64,000 nucleotides of DNA from an uncultured Chloroflexia bacterium (lineage in GTDB: Bacteria; Chloroflexota; Limnocylindria; Limnocylindrales; CSP1-4). The notes under the pieces are model-generated. The model saw only the letters and a list, made by a program, of their open reading frames with translations. It had not been told where the DNA came from and made no database searches. Position numbers and translations under genes: made by a program. The number at the start of each line of letters is the position of its first letter. Within the stretch, counting starts at the first letter, position 1. This document shows, piece by piece, positions 48,512-58,598 of the stretch. The DNA lies in contig CAWFXA010000002.1 of NCBI GenBank assembly GCA_963819655.1, positions 1,248,001-1,312,000 of the forward strand, written 5' to 3'.

Positions 48512-50473
48512 ATGCGATCGACCACGCGCGCCCGGTTGGGGCGAGTCCTGGCTGCGGCAGGTCTGCTGGGGGCTGCGCTGCTCCCCGGCGCTTCGGTCAC
48601 GACCGCCGCGGACGAGGACAAGACGCTCCGGGTCGGGACGGCCCAGGAGTTCGACTCGATCAACCCGAACCTGTCGTACCTCGTCTCCTCGTACGAGGCC
48701 TTCATCCTCAACTACGACCTGCTGGTCGGGTTCGGGCCCGATCTCGAGTACGCGCCAACCGGATTCGCCGAGTCCTGGACCCAGGACGGGGCGTCGTGGA
48801 CGTTCAAGATCCGCGAAGGGATGACCTGGTCGGACGGCGAGCCGGCCGACGCCGGTGACGTCGCCTTCACGTACCAGTACCTGCTCGACAGCATGGATCC
48901 CGCATACAAGGGGCCATTGGCACCGGACGGCAACGACCTGCCGGCCGAAGGCGAGACCGCGGGTGATGGCGCTGCCGACAACCCGCTGTCGCTCTTCGGC
49001 GACTTCCTGGTCAGTACGGTCGAGCTGCAGAGCGTGGAGCTCGTCGACCCGACCACCGTGAAGATGACCACGGCCTTCCCGACCTCGCTGCTGCTGGGCG
49101 CCTACATCCCTGTGCTCCCTGAGCACATCTGGGGCACTGTGCCGTTCGCCTCCGCGGCGACCGACTTCCAGACCGATCCCCCGGTCGTCGGAACGGGGCC
49201 GTACCAGACGGTCGAATGGAAGCGCGGCGAGTTCGCCCGCTTCGAGCGCAACCCGCATTACTGGGGCAAGCAGCCCTTCGTCGAGGAGGTCATCTTCCAG
49301 TTCTACGCCGATCAGGATGCGATGGGCCAGGCGCTGAAGGCGGGAGAGGTCGACTACGTCCGGTCGATCCTGCCCGAGCAATTCGAATCGATCGACGCCG
49401 AGGCAGACATCGTCGGCATCAACGGCAACGGGCAGGGCTGGACCCAACTCGCCTTCAACACGTACGACAAGGACATCGACGGCGGCGGGGCATCGACCAC
49501 GGCCGTGCGCGATCCGAAGTTCCGCGACGCCCTCGGGTACGCCATCGACGGCCAGGAGCTCGTCGACCAGGTCCTGAGTGGCTACGGCCTACCAGGGACG
49601 ACCGTCGTCCCGCCGTTCCTCTCCCAGTTCCACATCGACCCCGCGACCCCACGGACATTCGACCTCGACGAGGCCAAGCGTCGACTTGACGCCGCCGGGT
49701 ACCTCGACGCGAACGGGAACGGGACGCGCGAGGACAAGGAGGGCAAGGAGATCAGCCTCCGGATCTACCACCCGACGACTGACGCGAAATACGCCAAGGC
49801 GGGCCAATTCGTGGCCGATTGGTGGCAACAGATCGGCATCGGGGCGACGATCCAGGGCTTCGAGTCGGACACCCTCACCGAGTTGCTCTACACACCTGAA
49901 GCGGGCGGGACCGCCGACTACGACATCGAGCTCTGGGGATGGGTCGGCGGCGCCGATCCGGACTTCCTGCTGTCGATCTTCATCACGTCGCAGATCGGCG
50001 TCTGGAGCGACAGCAACTACTCGAACCCTGCCTACGACGCGCTGTACGACCAGCAGAAGAAGGCCGCCACGTTCGATACCCGCAAACCGATCGTCGATGA
50101 GATGCAGAACCTCATCTACGACGAGGCGCCGTACCACGTCCTCTTCTACGACGCGGAGCTCCATGCTCATCGGACCGACAAGTTCGAAGGCTGGGTCCTG
50201 CAGCCGCGCGACGGCGGTGTGAGCCTGTTCGCCACGGGCGTCGAGACGTATCTCAACCTCGTCGCGGCGGGCAGCACCGCCACCCCATCACCGCCACCGG
50301 CCGCATCGGGCGGCGCGTCGGCAGCGCCGTCGGCAGCCCCGACGACCGACGCCGGCGGCACATCGTCGTCGACGCCGCTCCTGTTGGGCGTCGGAGCGGT
50401 CGTTGCGTTGGTCGCTGTCGGCCTCGTGTTGCTGCGGCGCGGTCGCGCGACCGCGACCGGCGAAGACGAGTAG
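48512..50473 (+). CDS. Peptide/nickel ABC substrate-binding protein with C-terminal membrane anchor
   Basis: Signal peptide, WTFKIREGMTWSDGEP, VGTGPY, RNPHYWG; Pro/Ala/Ser linker, TM helix and RRGR at C-terminus. Confidence 0.92.
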   Translation: MRSTTRARLGRVLAAAGLLGAALLPGASVTTAADEDKTLRVGTAQEFDSINPNLSYLVSSYEAFILNYDLLVGFGPDLEYAPTGFAESWTQDGASWTFKIREGMTWSDGEPADAGDVAFTYQYLLDSMDPAYKGPLAPDGNDLPAEGETAGDGAADNPLSLFGDFLVSTVELQSVELVDPTTVKMTTAFPTSLLLGAYIPVLPEHIWGTVPFASAATDFQTDPPVVGTGPYQTVEWKRGEFARFERNPHYWGKQPFVEEVIFQFYADQDAMGQALKAGEVDYVRSILPEQFESIDAEADIVGINGNGQGWTQLAFNTYDKDIDGGGASTTAVRDPKFRDALGYAIDGQELVDQVLSGYGLPGTTVVPPFLSQFHIDPATPRTFDLDEAKRRLDAAGYLDANGNGTREDKEGKEISLRIYHPTTDAKYAKAGQFVADWWQQIGIGATIQGFESDTLTELLYTPEAGGTADYDIELWGWVGGADPDFLLSIFITSQIGVWSDSNYSNPAYDALYDQQKKAATFDTRKPIVDEMQNLIYDEAPYHVLFYDAELHAHRTDKFEGWVLQPRDGGVSLFATGVETYLNLVAAGSTATPSPPPAASGGASAAPSAAPTTDAGGTSSSTPLLLGVGAVVALVAVGLVLLRRGRATATGEDE

Positions 50474-50503
50474 CCGCCCGCGCTCGTCCGCATTCGCCAG
50501 ATG

Positions 50504-50551
50504 ACGGGAAGAGGGGCGGCTGCCGGGAGGCGGCCCGCCCCGTCTGCCCGT
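50504..50551 (+). terminator. Intercistronic hairpin after the substrate-binding gene
   Basis: ACGGGAAGA-GGGGCGG-CTGCC pairs imperfectly with GGCGG-CCGCCCC-TCTGCCCGT and overlaps the permease GTG. Confidence 0.5.
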
Positions 50552-51587
50552 GGGTAGCCGGTTCCTAGCCCAGCGGCTCGGCCAGGCCGTCCTCACGATC
50601 CTGTTCGTCCTCGTCGTCAATTTCATCCTGTTCCGCTCGCTGCCGGGGTCGCCGGAACGGATCCTGCTGCGCGGGACACGGATCTCCGCCCAGGCGCTCG
50701 AGATCCAGCGCGAGCGGTGGGGCCTCAATGACCCGCTCCTTCCGATCGAGCTGCAGATCGACGAGGGGGGGGTCACGCTGGTCGACTTCCCGGCGTCGCT
50801 CATCGACAACCAGCTGGTGGCATACATCGGGTCGCTGGCGCGGCTCGACCTCGGGCTGTCGTTCCAGTTCCGCGGCCGGGACGTGGCCGAGGTGATCGCG
50901 GAGAAGCTGCCACCGACCCTGCTGCTCTTCGGCATCGGCGAGATCATCGCCATCTTCCTCGGCCTCGGGCTCGGCGCCCTGGCCGGATGGCGACGTGGCA
51001 AACCGTCCGATTACGTCGGGACGAGCGTGTCGCTCGTCCTGTACTCGATGCCCTATTTCTGGCTGGGCATGATCCTGCTGATCATCTTCGCGGCGACCCT
51101 TCACTGGTTCCCGACGACCGGGATGGTCACCCCGGGTGCCGAATACGCCAGCCCGGTCGACCAGGTCGTGGACGTCGCCCGACACCTGGTGCTGCCGGTG
51201 ACGACGGTCGCGCTCGGGTTGATCGGCGCGTATTCACTGCTGATGCGCTCGGCCGTGACAGAGGTCCTGTCCGAGGATTACGTCCAGACTGCGCGTGCCA
51301 AGGGCCTCAAGGGCGACCGGATCCTGCGTGGGCACGTGCTGCCGAACGCGATGCTGCCGGCCGTGACGCTCGTGGCGATCAACCTCGGCTACATCGTCGC
51401 GGGAGCGATCACGGTCGAGCAGGTCTTCTCATGGCCGGGTCTGGGCACGCTCACGGTGGACGCGCTGCGGACCCGCGACTACCCGATGATGTCCGGGATC
51501 TTCCTCGTCCTGTCGATCAGCGTCGTGCTTGCCAACTTCGCGGCGGACCTACTCTACGGCGTGCTCGACCCGCGCGTGCGGACATGA
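50550..51587 (+). CDS. Peptide ABC permease (OppB/DppB-like)
   Basis: DLGLSF, SMPYFWLG, EDYVQTARAKGL EAA loop, EQVFSWPGLG. Confidence 0.93.
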   Translation: MGSRFLAQRLGQAVLTILFVLVVNFILFRSLPGSPERILLRGTRISAQALEIQRERWGLNDPLLPIELQIDEGGVTLVDFPASLIDNQLVAYIGSLARLDLGLSFQFRGRDVAEVIAEKLPPTLLLFGIGEIIAIFLGLGLGALAGWRRGKPSDYVGTSVSLVLYSMPYFWLGMILLIIFAATLHWFPTTGMVTPGAEYASPVDQVVDVARHLVLPVTTVALGLIGAYSLLMRSAVTEVLSEDYVQTARAKGLKGDRILRGHVLPNAMLPAVTLVAINLGYIVAGAITVEQVFSWPGLGTLTVDALRTRDYPMMSGIFLVLSISVVLANFAADLLYGVLDPRVRT

Positions 51588-52561
51588 CCGCGCAGGCACC
51601 GATGACCGGCGAGGTCGCCGCCGAGGTCTTCACCCGCCGTGCGCGGGCCGAGCGCTGGCGCCTGCGCGCGCGACGGCTCAGGAGCGTCGTGCGCCAGTTC
51701 GCCAGGCAGCGCAGTGGCGTCATCGGCGTCCTGATCATCGGGCTGTTCACGTTCTGCGCGCTGTTCCCGGAGCAGCTCGTCGGGCCGTTCGAGACCGTCA
51801 CCCGCGCATCTGGGGAGAAGTTCGAGCCGCCGTCGCTGACCCACATCCTCGGGACGGACGAGCTCGGTCGGGACGTCCTGAATCTCGTCGTTCACGGAGC
51901 GCGCATCTCGATGTCCATCGGCCTGATGGCCACGATCATCACGGTCTTGATAGGCGCAGTCATCGGCATCGTCGCCGGGTTCGTCGGCGGTCGGCCCGAC
52001 ACGATCCTGATGCGCATCACCGATTTCTTCCTGATCCTGCCGACGTTCGTGCTGGCGCTCGTGCTGGCCCCTGTGCTGCGCGAGCTCCTCGGGGAGTCGT
52101 CGGAGTTCTTCGAGATCAGGGTGACGCTGCTCGTGATCATCGTGGTCATCGGCATCACGTCCTGGGCGTCGACCGCACGGATCATCAGGAGCCAGACGTT
52201 GTCGATCCGCGAGCGCGCCTACATCGACCGGGCTCGCGTGATCGGGGCGTCGGCCGGGCACATCATGCGGCGCCACATCCTGCCGAACGTCCTCTCGCTG
52301 ATCGTGGCGAACACCGTGCTCGTCTTCGCCGGAGCCGTCCTCATCGAGACGACACTCTCGTTCGTCGGTCTCGGCGACCAGCTCGCCCCATCGTGGGGCC
52401 AGATCCTCGCGTTCGCCCAGGCGTCGGGCGCACCGGGCATCGGGGCATGGTGGTACACGGCCTCGCCGGGCGTCGCCATCGTGCTCGTCGTGCTGTCGTT
52501 CACTCTCGTCGGCAACGCGCTCGACTCGATCCTCAACCCGAAGCTGGCCGGTCGCCGATGA
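51584..52561 (+). CDS. Peptide ABC permease (OppC/DppC-like)
   Basis: HILGTDELGRD, GARIS, YIDRARVIGAS, HILPNV, LSFVGLG, SWG. Confidence 0.93.
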   Translation: MTAQAPMTGEVAAEVFTRRARAERWRLRARRLRSVVRQFARQRSGVIGVLIIGLFTFCALFPEQLVGPFETVTRASGEKFEPPSLTHILGTDELGRDVLNLVVHGARISMSIGLMATIITVLIGAVIGIVAGFVGGRPDTILMRITDFFLILPTFVLALVLAPVLRELLGESSEFFEIRVTLLVIIVVIGITSWASTARIIRSQTLSIRERAYIDRARVIGASAGHIMRRHILPNVLSLIVANTVLVFAGAVLIETTLSFVGLGDQLAPSWGQILAFAQASGAPGIGAWWYTASPGVAIVLVVLSFTLVGNALDSILNPKLAGRR

Positions 52562-53730
52562 GCGCGGAGAACCCGGCCCTGGCGCGCATGGTCACCCGCG
52601 CCGGTCGGACCTTGCCGAAGCTCGCCGACCCCGGTGCACCTCTCCTCGAGGTGACCGACCTGCGCGTCCGGTTCTCGCTCGCAAAGGGCGGCCTGACCGC
52701 GGTCGACGGGGTCAGCTTCCGACTGGACGATGGCGAGGCGCTGGGGATCGCCGGCGAGTCCGGGTGTGGCAAGACGACGACCGCGCTATCGCTCCTCCAG
52801 CTCCTGCCGTCGAACGGGCGCATCGAGTCCGGTCGCGTCGAGCTGTACGGGATCGATCTCGCCCAGAAGTCCGAAGCCGCCATGACCCGCTACCGGTGGC
52901 GCGAGATCAGCATGGTGTTCCAGGGCGCCATGAACGCGCTCAACCCGGTCCGCCGGGTGCGCGACCAGATCGCCGAGCCGATCATCGTCCGCCTCGGGGT
53001 GCCGGAGGAGACGGCGCGGCGACGAGCACTCGAACTGCTCGATCTCGTCGGGATCCCGATGCAGCGCGGCGGCGCCTACCCCCACGAGCTCTCGGGCGGC
53101 ATGCGCCAGCGGGCGATGATCGCGATGGCACTCGCGTGCAATCCGGCCATCGTGATCGGCGACGAGCCGACGACCGCGCTCGATGTCATGGTCCAGGCGC
53201 AGATCCTCGCGTTGCTCGAGAGCCTGCGTTGGGAGCTTGGGTTGTCGATGATCCTCATCACGCACGATCTGTCGGTGATCGCTGAGACGTGCGACAAGGT
53301 CATGATCATGTACGCCGGCCGGGTCGCCGAGGAAGGACCTGTCTCGCGGGTCTTCACGGCGCCACGGCACCCGTACACGCAGGCGTTGCTTCGCGCGTTT
53401 CCCAACATCCGGGCTGACCGGCGGACCCTCGATGTCATCCCGGGCAACCTGCCGGACCTGCGCGACCCGCCGCCAGGCTGCCGATTCGCGCCGCGGTGCC
53501 CGTTCGCGATGGACGTCTGTCGGGTCGTGACGCCGCCGGAGGTGACGATGTCGGACGGTGTCCGAGTCGCCTGCCATCTCTATCCGACCCCCGATGCGGC
53601 GATCGTCGAGCCCGCGCCGATCGCCCAGGTCGGCGCGGATGCGCCGGTCGACGACGTGGTGCCCCCGGCCGATAACAGCAACCTGCGCGACGTCGACGAC
53701 GACACGCTCTCTGACGAGGTCCAGCCATGA
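52558..53730 (+). CDS. Peptide ABC ATPase (OppD/DppD-like)
   Basis: [36 protein letters not shown]. Confidence 0.94.
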   Translation: MSAENPALARMVTRAGRTLPKLADPGAPLLEVTDLRVRFSLAKGGLTAVDGVSFRLDDGEALGIAGESGCGKTTTALSLLQLLPSNGRIESGRVELYGIDLAQKSEAAMTRYRWREISMVFQGAMNALNPVRRVRDQIAEPIIVRLGVPEETARRRALELLDLVGIPMQRGGAYPHELSGGMRQRAMIAMALACNPAIVIGDEPTTALDVMVQAQILALLESLRWELGLSMILITHDLSVIAETCDKVMIMYAGRVAEEGPVSRVFTAPRHPYTQALLRAFPNIRADRRTLDVIPGNLPDLRDPPPGCRFAPRCPFAMDVCRVVTPPEVTMSDGVRVACHLYPTPDAAIVEPAPIAQVGADAPVDDVVPPADNSNLRDVDDDTLSDEVQP

Positions 53731-54791
53731 CCGACCTCGTCCGTCTCGAAGGGCTGGAAGTGCACTTCCCGATCCGGGGCGGAGTTCTCGATACGCTGCT
53801 GCGCCGGACCATTGGCGTCGTGCGCGCCGTCGATGGCATCGACCTGACGTTGCGCCGTGGCGAGGTGCTGGCCCTGGTCGGCGAATCCGGCAGCGGCAAG
53901 ACGACGACCGGCCGCGTCCTCGTGAAGCTCACCCGTCAGACCGGTGGCCGTGTCGAAGTCGATGGCGCCGATGTCAGCGACCTGTGGTCCGGGCCGCTGT
54001 TGCGCGCGTATCGCCGGCGGGTCCAGTTGATCTTCCAGGACCCGTACGAGACCCTGAACCCGAAGCAGACCATCCTCGACTTCGTCGCGGAGCCGTTGGT
54101 CGTGCACCGGATCGGCACCGAGGAGGAGCGCAGCGCGCGCGTTCTCGCTGCGCTCGATTCGGTCGGCCTGCGACCGGCCACGGATTACGCCCTGCGCTTC
54201 CCGCATGAGCTGTCGGGCGGCCAGCGGCAGCGCGTCGTGATCGCCGGCGCGCTCGTCATGGACCCCGAGATCATCGTCGCGGACGAGCCGGTCTCGATGC
54301 TCGACGTCTCGATCCGGACCGAGCTGCTCCGGCTCATGCTGGACCTCCGCGAGGAGCGCGGCCTGACCTACCTGTTCATCACCCACGACCTGTCGCTGGC
54401 CTGGGTGATCGCCGACCGGATCGCTGTGATGTACCTCGGGCGGATCATGGAGATCGGACCGGCCGAGGCGGTCATCCGCACGCCCCGCAATCCCTACACC
54501 GAAGCCTTGGTGTCGGTGTCGCCGTCGCCGGAGCCACCGACGCCGGGCAAACGCGCGCAGCGGACGATCCTCAAGGGCGAGACGCCCGATGCCGCGCACA
54601 TCCCGAGCGGCTGCCGGTTCCATCCGCGCTGTCCGAAGGCGTTCGATCGCTGCGTCGCGGAGTCGCCGCCGCTGTTCGACCTCGGGGGAGGGCACGCCGC
54701 GGCATGCTGGCTCGCGGAGCCCGGGATCGCGACCGGCGGTCGCGCGTTGCCCGTGGTCGAGGCCGCTCGAACGGGCGAGGTCGGCGCATGA
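53727..54791 (+). CDS. Peptide ABC ATPase (OppF/DppF-like)
   Basis: GESGSGKT, LSGGQRQR, DEPVSMLD, GCRFHPRC. Confidence 0.94.
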   Translation: MTDLVRLEGLEVHFPIRGGVLDTLLRRTIGVVRAVDGIDLTLRRGEVLALVGESGSGKTTTGRVLVKLTRQTGGRVEVDGADVSDLWSGPLLRAYRRRVQLIFQDPYETLNPKQTILDFVAEPLVVHRIGTEEERSARVLAALDSVGLRPATDYALRFPHELSGGQRQRVVIAGALVMDPEIIVADEPVSMLDVSIRTELLRLMLDLREERGLTYLFITHDLSLAWVIADRIAVMYLGRIMEIGPAEAVIRTPRNPYTEALVSVSPSPEPPTPGKRAQRTILKGETPDAAHIPSGCRFHPRCPKAFDRCVAESPPLFDLGGGHAAACWLAEPGIATGGRALPVVEAARTGEVGA

Positions 54792-55363
54792 CCGACAGGT
54801 CCGGACCAGAGATGCCGGCTGAGCCGCCTCTGGCGCTACCGACCATCGCCGACCTGCTCGCAGCGACCGCAGTGACCGTGGCAGAGGAGCTTCGCGCGCT
54901 GGGCGACGTCGCCGGCTGGCGACCCGAGCCGGGCGAGTGGAGCGCCAACGAATGCGTCGGCCACCTGATCGAGGCGGAACGTCGGGGGTTCGCTGGTCGG
55001 ATCAGGACGATCCTGGGCGCCGTGCGGACCGACGGGTCATTCGAGCCACCGATCCTCGAGACCTGGGACCCACCTGCCATCGCCGCGGCGCGCCGGGACC
55101 ACGAGCGGCCGGCAGCGGAACTGGCCGGCGAGTTCGCGGCGACGCGCGCCGACAGCGTCACGCTGGTCCGCTCGCTGACCGAGCGTGACCTGGGCCGTAG
55201 CGGGACACACCCCGAGGTCGGAGAGCTGCGGGTGGACGAGCTCCTCGCGGAATGGGTCCACCATGATCGGAACCACATCCGTCAGATGCTCGCGGTCACC
55301 CAGTCCCGGGTGTGGGGCCAGATGGGCAACGCCCGAACCTTCAGCGTCCTCGACCTCGAGTGA
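54788..55363 (+). CDS. DinB/YfiT family protein
   Basis: WRPEPGEWSANECVGHL, HDRNHIRQ metal-binding His pattern. Confidence 0.85.
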   Translation: MTDRSGPEMPAEPPLALPTIADLLAATAVTVAEELRALGDVAGWRPEPGEWSANECVGHLIEAERRGFAGRIRTILGAVRTDGSFEPPILETWDPPAIAAARRDHERPAAELAGEFAATRADSVTLVRSLTERDLGRSGTHPEVGELRVDELLAEWVHHDRNHIRQMLAVTQSRVWGQMGNARTFSVLDLE

Positions 55364-55370
55364 CGCTCAG

Positions 55371-55715
55371 CTAAAGCTGGCGCTGTGAGCGCGGCTCGAG
55401 GATCACGACGACGATCTCCCGGTCGGTCTTGCGCTTGTACGCCGCGTAATTGCGGAGTCCGGCGACGAACTGCGGCCAGAGACGGTCATCCTCGGCCCGC
55501 GTCGACCGCCGCGCACGGACCGGCCTGGTCTCCTTGCGGACGTCAATCTCGGCGTCTGGCTCCGCCTGCAGGTTGAGCCACCAGGCCGGTTCGCGGTCGC
55601 GTCCACCGTTCGACGTGACGATGGCGAGGTTATCGCCGTCCTCGACGTAGTACAGCGGCGTCCGCCGCGCGATGCCAGTACGCCGACCGACGGTTCGCAG
55701 GTGCAGCGTCAGCAC
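55371..55715 (-). CDS. Deazaflavin (F420)-dependent nitroreductase family protein, N-terminus apparently short
   Basis: TVGRRTG..RRTPLYY, SNGG, PAWWLNL, YAAYKRKTDREI. Confidence 0.8.
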   Translation of the reverse strand: MLTLHLRTVGRRTGIARRTPLYYVEDGDNLAIVTSNGGRDREPAWWLNLQAEPDAEIDVRKETRPVRARRSTRAEDDRLWPQFVAGLRNYAAYKRKTDREIVVVILEPRSQRQL

Positions 55716-55745
55716 CGTCCGAGGCCAGCGACCCGATCGAGCTGC

Positions 55746-56408
55746 CTAGCCCGCGACCTCCTCGTCGACGTCCTCGAGGACCCGATAGATCGCCCAGGCG
55801 CCGAGCGCGCCGACGGTCGGACCCACGAGATAGATCCACAGCGCCGACAGGTCGGCCCCGATCAGGGCCGAGCCGATCGAACGGGCCGGGTTGACCGACG
55901 CTCCGGACAGGGACGCTGACGCGAAATGGATCGCGAGCAGCGTTAGTGGGATGGCGAGCGGCGCGAGCCCGGCGGCGCGTTTGGTCGATACGAGGATGAC
56001 CAGCACGAAGCCGGTGGTCATCACGATCTCGAGGATGAGCGCGCCGATGTCGGTGACGCCGGGACCCGGCTTGGTCACGCCGGCCGTGACGGCTGACTGG
56101 CCCACCACGACGAAGACGATGGCCGCAGCGGCGATCGCCCCGATGACTTGCGCCAGGATGTAGCCGATGGCGTCGGTCGTCTCGATCCGCTTGTCCAGCA
56201 CAGCCGCGACCGTGACGGCCGGGTTGAAGTGGCCGCCCGAGATGTGGCCCACCGCGAAGATCGCCGCCAAGAGGCCGAAGCCGAACGCGAAGGGCACCAC
56301 AAGCAGGGTCGGGACATCCGAAACCCCGAGCGCCGCGACCGACGAATAGCCGATCGTCAGGAACAGGAACGTGCCGACCAGCTCGGCTAGGTACTTGCGG
56401 GTTTCCAT
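55746..56408 (-). CDS. MIP family aquaporin
   Basis: AELVGTF, ISGGHFNPAVT, GASVNPARS; GGAGG RBS. Confidence 0.95.
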   Translation of the reverse strand: METRKYLAELVGTFLFLTIGYSSVAALGVSDVPTLLVVPFAFGFGLLAAIFAVGHISGGHFNPAVTVAAVLDKRIETTDAIGYILAQVIGAIAAAAIVFVVVGQSAVTAGVTKPGPGVTDIGALILEIVMTTGFVLVILVSTKRAAGLAPLAIPLTLLAIHFASASLSGASVNPARSIGSALIGADLSALWIYLVGPTVGALGAWAIYRVLEDVDEEVAG

Positions 56409-56462
56409 TGTCCCTCCACGTGGCTTCGTTGCCGTGCGGCAGCGGTCTGGGCGAAATCGATG

Positions 56463-57122
56463 CTACCCGGTCGGTCCAGCCCTTTGACGGTCCGATGAGC
56501 CCCGGTCGACCGTCGCGCGTGCCGCGCGGACCAACAGGCTGTCGCACCAGGTCCGGCACAGGACCTCGACGAGCTCGAGGCGATCGATGGCAGTCGCCAG
56601 GTCCGGCCCGACGGCCACCGCGCCGTGTCGTTCGAGGAGCACCACATCGGCGTAGGGCGCAGGCGCCGCGGTCAGCACCTCGGCGATCCGAGCTGCCAGG
56701 TCGTCGCTGCCCGGCTCCCCGAACGGCAGATAGGGCAGGCGCGGGATGAACAGCGCCGTCTCGGGCAGCGCGACCGGGTCCGGGATCTCCCCGGCGAGGG
56801 TGAGCGCCATCGACGCCGGCAGGTGGGCGTGGGCGACCGATGTGATGTCGGGTCGGGCCGCAAGCGCAGCCAGGTGGATCGCGAGGTCCGATGAGGGTTC
56901 GAGGCCCGATGCGGAGCGGGCTGCCGCTCGGGCGTCGCCGACCGCCATCACGACCACGTCCCGCTCGGCCAGCTCGTCCTTGCGCCGGCCGCGCGGCGTG
57001 ATCGCCAAACGGTCTCCGTCGAGCCGGATCGACAGGTTGCCCTCGCCGGCCGAGATGAGCCCGCGTGCACCGAGCCGCCGTCCGGCCGCGACGATCTGGG
57101 CGGCGGCCGAGCGTTCGTCCAT
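56463..57122 (-). CDS. Class II aldolase/adducin family protein
   Basis: EGNLS, ITPRG, PSSDLAIH, HAH, LLERHG. Confidence 0.9.
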   Translation of the reverse strand: MDERSAAAQIVAAGRRLGARGLISAGEGNLSIRLDGDRLAITPRGRRKDELAERDVVVMAVGDARAAARSASGLEPSSDLAIHLAALAARPDITSVAHAHLPASMALTLAGEIPDPVALPETALFIPRLPYLPFGEPGSDDLAARIAEVLTAAPAPYADVVLLERHGAVAVGPDLATAIDRLELVEVLCRTWCDSLLVRAARATVDRGSSDRQRAGPTG

Positions 57123-57175
57123 GGCAGCGATCGTAGGGCACCCGACGGGGCCCGGCCCGCCCGTACCATCCGCTG

Positions 57176-58402
57176 GTGCCTGAGCCCGCCCCCCTGGGTC
57201 GCAATCACGATTTCCGTGTCCTGCTGACGTCGCAGGGCATCTCCGCTCTCGGCGACGCGGTGAGCTTCACGGCCCTGCCACTGCTCGTCCTGGCTCTGAC
57301 CGGGTCGGGGCTGATGATGGGCATCGTCGGTGCGCTTGAGATGCTGCCGGACCTCCTGTTCGGGATGGTCGCCGGCGCCCTTGCCGACCGGAGCGATCGC
57401 CGCCGCATGATGTTTCTGGCGGACCTCGGCCGGGCGGCTCTGACTGCCCTGATCCCGATCTCGGTCCTGCTCGGCGGGCCGACGTTGGCGGTGATCCTCA
57501 TCGTGACGGCGCCGATGAGTGTCCTCCGCTCGTTCTTCCTGGCCGGCTACACGGCCTCGGTGCCGGTGCTCGTCGGCCGGTCGCAGCTCGCCCGAGCGAA
57601 CTCGATCTTCGAGGCCGTCTACTCGTTCGGGTTCATCATCGGGCCGGCCATCGCCGGGATCCTGGCGGCGACGATCGGCGCGGGCCTGACGCTCGCCATC
57701 GACGCCGCGTCGTTCGCCCTGTCCAGCCTCGTGCTTGCGTTCATGGACCGCGACCTGCGGGCACCGACCGATCGGTTGCCCGCGAGCCTCGCCGCGGACA
57801 TCCGTGAGGGCATCGACTACATCGTCCGCCACCCGCTCCTGCGCTCGATGATCCTGTTCTGGGGCCTCGTCTCGATCACGACCGCGCCCCTCGTCACGGC
57901 GCTGGCCGTCCACGTCACGCGCGACCTCGGCTACGAGGAGACGATCCTCGGGCTGGTCCTGACGGCGTACGGCATCGGCACGGTCATCGGTGCGCTGGTC
58001 GCCGCTCGCGTGAGCCGCCGGCCCGTGGGGCCGTCTCTGCTCGGCGGGACGTTCCTCACAGGCGTGTTGCTCTTCGCGATCTCGCGCACGAGCGAGGTGC
58101 CCGTGATGCTGGGCGTCGCCGTGATCGCGGGCATGGCCCAGAGCGTGGTCCTCGTCACATACCTGACGACGCGTAGCAATCACGCACCCGACGCGCTCCT
58201 CGGCCGGGTCGGCAGCACGGCGCGCACGATCTCGCTGGGGCTCCAACCGATCGGCATGCTCGCGGGCGGCGTGCTCATCGATCTGAGCAGCGGCTCGGCG
58301 ACCATCGCCGTGATGGGTATCGGCCTGATCGTCCTGACACTGGCCTTCGTGCCGGTGCGCGCGCTGCGGCGCGCGAACGTCATGCCGGCCACGCCGCCGT
58401 AG
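57176..58402 (+). CDS. MFS transporter (DHA3-like)
   Basis: SALGD, GALADRSDRRR motif A, IGPAIAG, LGRV; about 12 hydrophobic segments. Confidence 0.92.
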   Translation: MPEPAPLGRNHDFRVLLTSQGISALGDAVSFTALPLLVLALTGSGLMMGIVGALEMLPDLLFGMVAGALADRSDRRRMMFLADLGRAALTALIPISVLLGGPTLAVILIVTAPMSVLRSFFLAGYTASVPVLVGRSQLARANSIFEAVYSFGFIIGPAIAGILAATIGAGLTLAIDAASFALSSLVLAFMDRDLRAPTDRLPASLAADIREGIDYIVRHPLLRSMILFWGLVSITTAPLVTALAVHVTRDLGYEETILGLVLTAYGIGTVIGALVAARVSRRPVGPSLLGGTFLTGVLLFAISRTSEVPVMLGVAVIAGMAQSVVLVTYLTTRSNHAPDALLGRVGSTARTISLGLQPIGMLAGGVLIDLSSGSATIAVMGIGLIVLTLAFVPVRALRRANVMPATPP

Positions 58403-58403
58403 C

Positions 58404-58541
58404 TCAGGCCGCTGCGTCGAGCGAGGTCGCCAGATCCGGCGCGATGTCGACCGTCACTCCGCAGCCGGCGCAGGTCATGTCCGAGAGGTTCTCGTCGGTC
58501 GTTGCCTCGCCCGCGCAGAGCGGGCAGTCGATCGTGATCAT
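58404..58541 (-). CDS. 45-aa zinc-ribbon microprotein (not in ORF track)
   Basis: MITIDCPLCAGEATTDENLSDMTCAGCGVTVDIAPDLATSLDAAA*; GGAG upstream; fills the gap between genes. Confidence 0.75.
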   Translation of the reverse strand: MITIDCPLCAGEATTDENLSDMTCAGCGVTVDIAPDLATSLDAAA

Positions 58542-58598
58542 GTGTCGATGACTCCGTGCACTGGTTTGTGGCCGGAGTCTCGGCGGGGCGTGTGACAG

